Source: Candidatus Poribacteria bacterium | GTDB lineage: Bacteria; Poribacteria; WGA-4E; WGA-3G | Direction of reading: 5' to 3' | DNA length: 64,000 bases | Assembly: GCA_965205025.1 (NCBI GenBank) | Contig: CBDBFU010000010.1 | Location: 1 to 64,000 of the forward strand | Part shown: positions 11,134 to 19,001 of the stretch, one piece after another | How the letters are laid out: the number at the start of each line of letters is the position of its first letter | How positions within the stretch are numbered: position 1 is the stretch's first letter | The notes under the pieces: model-generated | Databases searched by the model: none | The model's input: only the letters and a program-made list of their open reading frames with translations | What the model was told of the DNA's origin: nothing | Position numbers and translations under genes: made by a program

Positions 11134-11213
11134 AAAGGTTTGGTCGAATTTGACAACTGGGAAGGAATATTGTATAATATGGAAAAGTCGTAATAATGTG
11201 GAGATACGAATAA

Positions 11214-11573
11214 ATGCATTCCCCACAGGTAATAGATCACTTTGAAAATCCTCGTAATATTGGATCAATACCTGATGCAGATGGCACATCCACTATTGGG
11301 TCTGCAGCGAGTGGGGAGATGTTACAACTTACACTTAAAATAGAAGATAATACAGTCGTTTCCGCTAAGTTTAGAGCATTTGGGTGTCCTACTGCGATTG
11401 CAAGCGGATCCGTTGTAACGGAATTGATTAACGGTAAAAAAATCTCAGATGCAAATAACATAACAGCATCACAAATTTCAAGTGCCTTAGGCGGATTACC
11501 AGAAGACAAGGCACGATATGCCACATACGCAGAAGAAGCATTAAAAGCAGCGATTGAGAACTCAATTAAATAA
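11214..11573 (+). CDS. IscU/NifU-N-like Fe-S scaffold homolog with degenerate ligands
   Basis: HFENPRNIG and FRAFGCPTAIASGS; only one of the three canonical Cys is present. Confidence 0.85.
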   Translation: MHSPQVIDHFENPRNIGSIPDADGTSTIGSAASGEMLQLTLKIEDNTVVSAKFRAFGCPTAIASGSVVTELINGKKISDANNITASQISSALGGLPEDKARYATYAEEALKAAIENSIK

Positions 11574-11587
11574 CAGGAGATATACAG

Positions 11588-11917
11588 ATGATTAATGTTA
11601 CGGAAGCTGCAGCTCAAAAAGCGATCACATTGATAGATAATAGTGAGAGTGATAGTGAAACCGATCTCGGTTTACGGATGCAAGTAATCGGTGGAGGATG
11701 TTCAGGATTTCAATATAATCTTGAGTTTGGTGAAGCAAAAGGCACAGATAGAGTGTTCGAATTTCATGGTCTAAAGGTATTCATAGATCCTCGTAGTTCG
11801 CTATACCTTGCGGGATCTGTGTTGGACTACAATGACGGACTGATGGAATCAGGATTTAAGATTTCGAATCCGAATGCCAAAAACACTTGCGGTTGCGGAG
11901 AATCATTTAGCGTGTAA
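11588..11917 (+). CDS. iscA: A-type Fe-S carrier (IscA/ErpA/HesB family)
   Basis: GGGCSGFQY and NPNAKNTCGCGESF. Confidence 0.95.
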   Translation: MINVTEAAAQKAITLIDNSESDSETDLGLRMQVIGGGCSGFQYNLEFGEAKGTDRVFEFHGLKVFIDPRSSLYLAGSVLDYNDGLMESGFKISNPNAKNTCGCGESFSV

Positions 11918-11924
11918 AAGAAAG

Positions 11925-11957
11925 CCGGTAGAAATGTGTGTTAACATCTCTACCGGT
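11925..11957. terminator. Hairpin between convergent genes
   Basis: CCGGTAGA...TCTACCGG stem just after the iscA stop. Confidence 0.55.
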
Positions 11958-12007
11958 GTGTTTGTATAATCCCTATTCTACTATATCAAAAGTCTCTATC
12001 AACCCGT

Positions 12008-12766
12008 TTATAGTGTCTTATATAATTCAGCGTGCCGTTTGAGTACAGCATCTGAATTCTTTGGGTTGATTACCTCAATAGAGACAAACCCCTCATACCC
12101 ATCTTCTTTCAACAGTGTCAGAGAATCTTTTTCTGTATCTGGCATTGGACCTTCGTCTCCAAAGTTAACATGTGCATGGCGTACTTTATTACGTAGATGT
12201 ACATAGGCAACATCTACAGATTGTCCATGTCTGACATGATGTCCAGCGTGCCAATTTACATAGGTATTCTCTGCTTCAGATCGGTACAGTGATTCTGCCA
12301 CGTAGCTTGCCAGAAGATTTCCGTGTGTTTCTAAACAGAGTGCGACCCCTGCATCACCAGCCATACCATCACATGCGCGTATTCCCTCTGCTTCCCAATC
12401 CAATGTTTGATCCACATCTGCTGGCACTTTTGGTACAGGATCACCAAAAAACCTAATATTTTTTGCTCCCATCTTTTCTGATAGATCAATATATCGTTTG
12501 AGTAAATCAACTTGATCTGCGCGTTTTTGGGGATCAGGATCAATGAATCTAACACCCGTTGCTATACACGACAATGTAATTTCATTATCTTCTAAGAGTG
12601 TGCGTGCTTCATCAAGTTGTTGCGTTGATGAATCCAATTCAACCCCATGTCCATGATCCCATTCTACACGGAGTTCCAAGTGTTCGTAATTATATTCTAT
12701 TGCTTTGTCTATTAGTTCAGCCATTGTCAAAGGCGGACAAACAGACGACATAAATCCAAATTGCAT
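12008..12766 (-). CDS. Sugar phosphate isomerase/epimerase (xylose-isomerase-like TIM barrel)
   Basis: ALCLETHG, HAHV and GYEGFVSIE motifs. Confidence 0.85.
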   Translation of the reverse strand: MQFGFMSSVCPPLTMAELIDKAIEYNYEHLELRVEWDHGHGVELDSSTQQLDEARTLLEDNEITLSCIATGVRFIDPDPQKRADQVDLLKRYIDLSEKMGAKNIRFFGDPVPKVPADVDQTLDWEAEGIRACDGMAGDAGVALCLETHGNLLASYVAESLYRSEAENTYVNWHAGHHVRHGQSVDVAYVHLRNKVRHAHVNFGDEGPMPDTEKDSLTLLKEDGYEGFVSIEVINPKNSDAVLKRHAELYKTL

Positions 12767-12986
12767 GTATAGCCTCCAGTTTTTGATAGTTCTCTTACAT
12801 CAGTTCTATTTTGTATAGGTTCATTACGATTTTAAGATAACGCAATTTTATAGAGTATCTCAACAAAGGTGTCACTCCCACAGAGAAAAAACTTACACCA
12901 CATATACTCTACTTGGTAATGAACCTTTCATGAGTAAGAATTTGCATGAATGTGTAAGGTCGTTAATCACTTTATACTAATCTTCA

Positions 12987-13147
12987 ACGTGAATTTGATA
13001 ATTAACAAGATGGACGCAAAATGAACAGAGAACGGACATATTTGCTGAAAAAATCGTCATTTTGGTGTTTTTAACCCCCTAAATCCCCCTTATCAGGGGG
13101 ACTTTAAGAGGAAATGTGGAAGACCTAACTATTTATCAAACTCACGT
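12987..13147. mobile_element. MITE with ACGTGAATTTGATAA/TTATCAAACTCACGT ends carrying a REP hairpin
   Basis: Terminal IR plus flanking direct repeat TAATCTTCA (12978-12986 and 13148-13156); same ends occur at 54310-54427. Confidence 0.8.
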
Positions 13148-13283
13148 TAATCTTCAATACAAACTCCTAAGCAAATGACTTTGAACATTATATCACTTTT
13201 TTATGAGATTGACGATTCATATATTCCTGAAGATTAACAATGAGGGTATTAGCAAAATAAACGTGAGTATGATAACTCAGATT

Positions 13284-13410
13284 TATAGTGAAATTCCAAA
13301 ATATGTTTACACTTACCTTGTAGGTGCGGTTTCTAACCGCACGATGAACACAGGTTCGGTTAGGAAACCGAACCTACCGCCATGTCCAAATAATTATGGA
13401 TTCTACTATA
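13284..13410. mobile_element. IS630-end MITE carrying an inverted REP doublet
   Basis: Ends TATAGTGAAATTCCAAAATA / TAATTATGGATTCTACTATA resemble the IS630 end TAATTATGATTTCCACTATA; inside are GTAGGTGCGGTTTCTAACCGCAC and GGTTCGGTTAGGAAACCGAACCTAC. Confidence 0.75.
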
Positions 13411-13517
13411 ATATTCGTCGAATACATTTTAATAATATTTAACTTTACTTTAACATTATTTAAGTGTATAATATTTTAATCCCTTAATTGTATAGCATTT
13501 AAGGAACAATTAATATT

Positions 13518-13808
13518 ATGAGTACACAAAATCCGAAATGGTTATCAGTTCTGAGTGAAGAGGAAATCCATTTTGTCAAACGGTTTATCCTCGCTTCTGG
13601 ATCACTCAAGGACTTAGCTAAACAGTATAAAGTTTCATATCCAACCTTACGAATTCGGTTGAATCGGCTTATAGAGAAAATAGAGATTGCTGATGACTCG
13701 GATAAGGAAAACCCCTTTTTATTGAAAATTCGGTTGATGGTTGCGGAAGGCACGTTAACACAAACCGCAGCAAGGGCACTTATTAAAGCTTATGAGGAAT
13801 CGCAGTGA
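13518..13808 (+). CDS. DUF2089-family HTH regulator
   Basis: LSEEEIHFVKRFILASGSLKDLAKQYKVSYPTLRIRLNRLI. Confidence 0.85.
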   Translation: MSTQNPKWLSVLSEEEIHFVKRFILASGSLKDLAKQYKVSYPTLRIRLNRLIEKIEIADDSDKENPFLLKIRLMVAEGTLTQTAARALIKAYEESQ

Positions 13809-13821
13809 GGAGGAAATTCTA

Positions 13822-14202
13822 ATGAATGAACCTTGGATTTCACAGGAGACATTAGGACTTTTAATCATGGCAATATTCATTCCTCTCGGTCCAATCGTGG
13901 GGACATTGGGATGGTTGTTTGTTCCAAAAGGAAAAGCTAAGAAATTTACTTTAGGTGTTATCGCTTTTGGGTTTGTCATGGGGTTTGTTTTCCTTGTGTT
14001 TGGTGTTATCGCATATCTATTTGGACAACCTCGTTGGGTATGGTTGCGGTCTGGGTTTTACGGATTAGACTGTGCAATTCTTTTTGGAATCGTATACTGG
14101 GTAATTCTCAAAAGATATAGGGATGCTGAACTTAGAAAAACTATGTCTGAAGATTTAACACTTGTAGGTAAAGAGATAAGACACAAAGACAACAATGAAT
14201 AA
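13822..14202 (+). CDS. Small 3-TM membrane protein, paralog 1
   Basis: GAGGAGG RBS; MNEPW start; PKGKAKK loop; AELRKTMSEDLTL tail shared with the two following genes. Confidence 0.85.
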   Translation: MNEPWISQETLGLLIMAIFIPLGPIVGTLGWLFVPKGKAKKFTLGVIAFGFVMGFVFLVFGVIAYLFGQPRWVWLRSGFYGLDCAILFGIVYWVILKRYRDAELRKTMSEDLTLVGKEIRHKDNNE

Positions 14203-14215
14203 TAGGAGGTCTCTA

Positions 14216-14596
14216 ATGAATGAACCTTGGATGAACCCTGGATTGATAGGTGGCATATTAGGTTCAATAATAGGTATTCTTGGTGCACTCATCGGAACGT
14301 TGGCAGGTGCGTTCGTTCCGAGAGGAAAAGCAATAAAACTTACTTTAGGTGTAAACACTTTCGCTTTTGTCTTATCATTCGTCTCACTCGTAGTCGGTAT
14401 CATCGCTAATCTATCAGGACAACCTTACGGTGTATGGTTTGGATTCGGTCATGCGGGAATACTCGGCACAAGCGGATTTAGTTTAGGTTTTTGGATAATT
14501 CTTAAAAGGGCAAGAGATGCTGAACTTAGAAAAACTATGTCTGAATATTTAACACTTAGTGGGTACAAAAAAGATAAGGAGATTTCCCATGAATGA
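14216..14596 (+). CDS. Small 3-TM membrane protein, paralog 2
   Basis: AGGAGG RBS; MNEPW start; PRGKAIK loop; AELRKTMSEYLTL tail. Confidence 0.85.
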   Translation: MNEPWMNPGLIGGILGSIIGILGALIGTLAGAFVPRGKAIKLTLGVNTFAFVLSFVSLVVGIIANLSGQPYGVWFGFGHAGILGTSGFSLGFWIILKRARDAELRKTMSEYLTLSGYKKDKEISHE

Positions 14597-14948
14597 AGCT
14601 TGGTTTCACCCTGGATGGTTAGGTCTATTAGGTAGTTTTGTCGGTATCCTTGGAGCGCTTGTCGGGACTCTGGCAGGCATATTCATTCCAAAAGGAAAGG
14701 CAAAGAAACTTGTTTTAGGTGTTAACACTTTTGCATTTGCAGTGGGACTCATTTCACTTGTAGTTGGTATAATTGCATATTTTTTAGGACAACCATACGG
14801 TATGTGGTACGGATTTGGTCTCTGCGGTTTGATATCCACATTTCTATTTGGTATGTTATACTTTACTTTTCGGCATGAATATAGGAAAGCAGAACTTAGA
14901 AAATCTATGTCTGAAGATTTAACACTTGGAGGTAACAAAAATGACTAA
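14589..14948 (+). CDS. Small 3-TM membrane protein, paralog 3
   Basis: AAGGAG RBS; MNEAW start; PKGKAKK loop; AELRKSMSEDLTL tail. Confidence 0.85.
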   Translation: MNEAWFHPGWLGLLGSFVGILGALVGTLAGIFIPKGKAKKLVLGVNTFAFAVGLISLVVGIIAYFLGQPYGMWYGFGLCGLISTFLFGMLYFTFRHEYRKAELRKSMSEDLTLGGNKND

Positions 14949-16257
14949 CAGAATTAAGCACATAATTTTGACAACAATAATTGTAGGTATATTGTTTGCA
15001 TCTACGACCTTATCTGCAGAAACGCTTGAACCGTATAAATTGGATAATGGACTCACCGTAATTCTCCGTCCTGTACCTGTGGCAAACAAAGTCGCTTTTG
15101 TGGTTCTATACAATATCGGTGAAGATCACGATCCGTTAGGTAAATCAGGAATGGCACATCTACTGGAACACATGTATGTCACTGCAGCAGCTGGCGATAC
15201 ACCCGCACGCGATGCGACGCAGTTCATGAAGCGTTATCCAGCGGGGTGGAACGCGCAAACCGGGACAGACTATACTGTCATTGCCAGTGTAGTTGAAGCA
15301 GAACAATTTTCAGTAGAAGTCAAGGACATAGCAGCACGCATGAACGATCTCCGTATCACTGAAGCGGATATTGAGCGTGAAGTGCCGCGAGTGGCGCAAG
15401 AATTGAGAAATATGTACGGCGGAATCCCAATGTTAGCAGGCGTAAATCATGCACGGAAACAGTTACACCCTATTCCTCAAGGTGGACAACGCGGTGGCGC
15501 CGTTGAACACGTCCAAACAATCACACTTGATGAATTACAACAGTTTTGGCAGGATTACTATAAACCGAACAATGCTATCTTAATTGTGGCAGGTAAGTTC
15601 GACATTGAAACAGCGAAAAAATCTATTCACGAAAATCTTAGTCAAATTACCCCCGGCAAGATATTACCGGAGCCTCATCCTAAACCCCAACCTAAAACTG
15701 GCAATGTTAACAAAATTACTGTCCAACCTGTGGTACCAAATGCAACTGGAGTCGCTTCTATCGGTTATGCCGCACCTTTACCGGGTAGCAAAGAATATGC
15801 GCCATTTCTTATAGTTTATACCCGTTTGTTGGTGAAGCTGCAAACGAATTTTGGGGTAGGCAAAGTTCAACCGATTTACTTTCCGATTCTTGATGACACC
15901 TCAACCTTTGTACTCCAGAAAGAGTTGACGCCTGAAGAAGACATTGACGCGGTCCAGAAAGAACTTGATAAACGTTTGCAAGACGCATTGACTCCGAAAC
16001 TCACGCAGCAGGATAAACAGCAAATTATCAATTTCTTGGGAATGCCATTAGATATTGCTGATGTTCCAGATTTCTATGTGAACCAAAATATCTACGGTTT
16101 AGCCTTCACTATCGGTCGACGACATCAATTGAAAATCAACGGAAAAGAGCTGCGTGCTGCAATTGAGAACGTAACCGATGCGGATATACAAAACTTGACT
16201 AAAACTATCTTGGCACCAGAAAAACGAGTGACCGTAGTCGTTACCTTAGAAGAATAA
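14941..16257 (+). CDS. Secreted M16 (insulinase/pitrilysin) family zinc peptidase
   Basis: Signal peptide; LDNGLTV; inverted zincin motif GMAHLLEH; YYKPNNAILIVAG. Confidence 0.9.
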   Translation: MTNRIKHIILTTIIVGILFASTTLSAETLEPYKLDNGLTVILRPVPVANKVAFVVLYNIGEDHDPLGKSGMAHLLEHMYVTAAAGDTPARDATQFMKRYPAGWNAQTGTDYTVIASVVEAEQFSVEVKDIAARMNDLRITEADIEREVPRVAQELRNMYGGIPMLAGVNHARKQLHPIPQGGQRGGAVEHVQTITLDELQQFWQDYYKPNNAILIVAGKFDIETAKKSIHENLSQITPGKILPEPHPKPQPKTGNVNKITVQPVVPNATGVASIGYAAPLPGSKEYAPFLIVYTRLLVKLQTNFGVGKVQPIYFPILDDTSTFVLQKELTPEEDIDAVQKELDKRLQDALTPKLTQQDKQQIINFLGMPLDIADVPDFYVNQNIYGLAFTIGRRHQLKINGKELRAAIENVTDADIQNLTKTILAPEKRVTVVVTLEE

Positions 16258-16420
16258 GGTATAACTGAAAACTATATGGGAATTGAATTAGAACACTATA
16301 AATATTAACTACCCTCTAACCTCCACCTACCTGATTAGACACATCTAATTGGTGTGTCTAACAATCTTATTTCCACTATTCTGAAAATAATGCAACCTTT
16401 TGATATCTATCTCTTGTCAC

Positions 16421-16455
16421 TTAATTATATGAGGTAGATCATTCGTGTTACATAA
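16421..16455 (+). promoter_or_regulatory. Conserved upstream motif, copy 1
   Basis: TAATTATATGAGGTAGATCATTCGT-GTTACATAA is repeated almost exactly at 17332-17367, upstream of the next gene. Confidence 0.5.
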
Positions 16456-16527
16456 TACCAATTTTACTTAATTAGTTTACATTAATAACAAATCGGAGAA
16501 GCTAATTTACAATGAGGAGAACAAAAA

Positions 16528-17232
16528 ATGAAAAAAGTTGTTTTGACTGTCATTCTTTCAATCGTTTTGGTTTCTGCTTGGGTGTTATACCTTGAGTATA
16601 GTAATAGACGCTTTGTGGAGGACCTCTCAAAAGCACCGATCCCCATCTCGCAACCTGTTGACACCACGAACACCCCTATAGAGACTGAAAACGGTAAATC
16701 GGATACGGAAGCGAATCCTATGCCTGTAGCGTCAGACGACTCTATAGTTGATAACATACACGTAAGGCGTGAACACACTAAAGCAAGCGTGCATCCCCAA
16801 GACGAGGAAGGCACGCCGGGACTTACGGAAGGCGAATCACGTGTTGAAGGCGTTAAACAGAACATGGATATAGAGGATGTCCTTGCATTATTCGGTTTCA
16901 CGATGGAAGACTACCAGTGGGCAAGGGAGACTACATCGAGAATATTGAATAATCCTGATAATTATATATGGGGAGGTCCTGGTTCTGGTCAATCCGGTTT
17001 TGTGTCGATTATGTCACAGGAAGATAGGGAGACACTTGCTAAAGCATCTTACATTTTGAATCCAACTGAAGAAAGTAGAAAGTGGATGGAAGAAGTAAAG
17101 AGAATTACCCCTCCAAGGAGTATTCCGCCCATAACCGAGGAAGAGCGTAAAGGTATGAAGGTTATAGAATTCAAAGGTTACAAAATTTATATACCTCGCA
17201 CAGTTGCCAACGAGATAGGGATAGGGGAGTAG
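16528..17232 (+). CDS. Hypothetical N-terminally anchored/secreted protein
   Basis: GAGGAG RBS; hydrophobic N-terminus followed by an acidic low-complexity linker. Confidence 0.75.
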   Translation: MKKVVLTVILSIVLVSAWVLYLEYSNRRFVEDLSKAPIPISQPVDTTNTPIETENGKSDTEANPMPVASDDSIVDNIHVRREHTKASVHPQDEEGTPGLTEGESRVEGVKQNMDIEDVLALFGFTMEDYQWARETTSRILNNPDNYIWGGPGSGQSGFVSIMSQEDRETLAKASYILNPTEESRKWMEEVKRITPPRSIPPITEEERKGMKVIEFKGYKIYIPRTVANEIGIGE

Positions 17233-17331
17233 GAAGGTTTATTAGAATACTCACAGGAGATTTTTATGTCCCATCCTTTCTACTTCAGACACCTATTTAC
17301 TTTGAGTTCTTAGCTCTTACTCACTATAAGT

Positions 17332-17367
17332 TTAATTATATTAGGTAGATCATTCGTTGTTACATAA
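17332..17367 (+). promoter_or_regulatory. Conserved upstream motif, copy 2
   Basis: TAATTATATTAGGTAGATCATTCGTTGTTACATAA. Confidence 0.5.
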
Positions 17368-17455
17368 CAATGTATAACAGAACAATTATTAGGATCTAAA
17401 GCATTTAATGCAGTTCTTAAGGGGCTGCAGAGTAAAGAAAAATACTGACATATAA

Positions 17456-17685
17456 TACCATTTCTATAAATTATTGTCTCATTAGGCGATTATTATGGTA
17501 GTCATTTTTCAGGACACAAACTGAATGAAGATTAATTTTTAAATCAGGTAATTTTAAAGAAAGATTCCAGTGCGGTTAGGAAACCGCACCTACCGGGTTT
17601 GGGAAAATTAGAATTACCGAAATATTTACTTAATCTTCATAAAGTTTGTGGTACAAAAAAGAGACATTTTCAATTAGAAATGGTT
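17456..17685. mobile_element. Nested MITE: TACCATTTC shell with TAA duplication, holding a hairpin split by an ATGAAGATTAA MITE (17525-17640)
   Basis: TAA|TACCATTTCTA...TAGAAATGGTT|TAA; the inner element is closely similar to 896-1041 and splits CACAAACTGA|AAAGTTTGTG. Confidence 0.8.
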
Positions 17686-17723
17686 TAAGTTATCGTAAAA
17701 TCCACGATAAGAAGGAGAAAAAG

Positions 17724-18548
17724 ATGATTCGGCATATCTTGACAAACAAATGGTTAATGGGAAGTACGATAGTTTTTACCGGCATCGTTGTTACTTGTAT
17801 ATTCTGGTATAATCGTGAAATTATATCTTTCAAGAAAGACCTTGACATATCTAATGAATTAATTGCTCAAAATGAAACACCTCTTGAGGAAGATACTCTA
17901 ATCATAGTTGGAAACACCGATAAACTATCAGACAAATCTAATAATGATATTTCCAGTGAAGACATAGAGGTTACCGATGAAGATATAGAGAATTTACTCA
18001 AGGAAATTGCAGATGAGAAGATAGTATCTGAAGGAGTTTTAGAAAAATTATTTGAGGAGATGGCTACACTTGAACTCACCGAGGAAGGGATTAGTGATGA
18101 TTTATCACCTGAAGAAAATGCAAATCAGGAACGACGACGCAAGGTGAAGGAACTCTTTGATAAAATCAGTAAGATAATACAGGGAGCTGGCGGAAGAATA
18201 CATTCTGCTACACATCCAGAAGAAATGCAAAAGATTGTTAACCTTTTAGAAGAGGCTTCAGGGGGAACAACGATATTTACTCAGATGCATAATTTTGGAA
18301 TGATGTTCAAGGATAGTGTGAGTGAAAACGGTGATGTAAAGACATCTGAACTCTTAAGAATGGCAGAATACTATGAATCAGATATGTCTGGTTTAGGTCC
18401 TATAGCTCAGCAATCTGCAGCAGGTTTACGGAATATGGCACTCTATGCTACGATCAAAGGTTACGAGGTAATAAATCTCCAAGAGATAGCTAATAATCAG
18501 GAAGACATTGAAAAAGTCTTGACAGAGTATTATGAGAATAATGACTGA
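17724..18548 (+). CDS. Hypothetical membrane-anchored acidic protein
   Basis: AAGGAG RBS before MIRHILTNKW; single N-terminal TM helix. Confidence 0.75.
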   Translation: MIRHILTNKWLMGSTIVFTGIVVTCIFWYNREIISFKKDLDISNELIAQNETPLEEDTLIIVGNTDKLSDKSNNDISSEDIEVTDEDIENLLKEIADEKIVSEGVLEKLFEEMATLELTEEGISDDLSPEENANQERRRKVKELFDKISKIIQGAGGRIHSATHPEEMQKIVNLLEEASGGTTIFTQMHNFGMMFKDSVSENGDVKTSELLRMAEYYESDMSGLGPIAQQSAAGLRNMALYATIKGYEVINLQEIANNQEDIEKVLTEYYENND

Positions 18549-18682
18549 TCCTACAACGAAATGGAGGCGTGTATGACATTTACTGTCATACACTTCCTTA
18601 CCATACTATATGGATAATTACGAATTAAAGTGTTAATGTACTAACAAAGAAGAACTATTTAAGACAAAATGATATTAACATT

Positions 18683-18906
18683 ACGACTTGTGCCAGTTAA
18701 CTAAATGTATTTGTTGTTTTTACGGATTTTGGTTTTTTATTATAGACATTCCGTCCCTACGGGACTCAACTTAGGTTTTTCATTGGTTTTCTATAGACAT
18801 TCCGTCCCTACGGGACTAAAGAAAGTCTTAACTAATGTAGGATATTCATATCAACTATTATATATGTGAAATTATTGGTTGCTAAAAGTTATTTAGCACA
18901 ACTCGT
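18683..18906. mobile_element. MITE with ACGACTTGTGC/GCACAACTCGT ends and a 7-bp duplication, carrying two tandem REP-like units
   Basis: TAACATT at 18676-18682 and 18907-18913; TATAGACATTCCGTCCCTACGGGACT occurs twice inside. Confidence 0.7.
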
Positions 18907-19001
18907 TAACATTTGACGTTTATACACTGTTGGTATAGGTTAAATTGAGCTATTCCACATTAGATTAATGCATAATTATATTCGATTTCAAAGGTGTTAC
19001 A

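Noticed and set aside
13203-13442. Short ORFs over repeats (also 548-751, 48044-48373, 58626-58880, and the 17646 start extension)
   Set aside because: They are translations of MITE/REP sequence.
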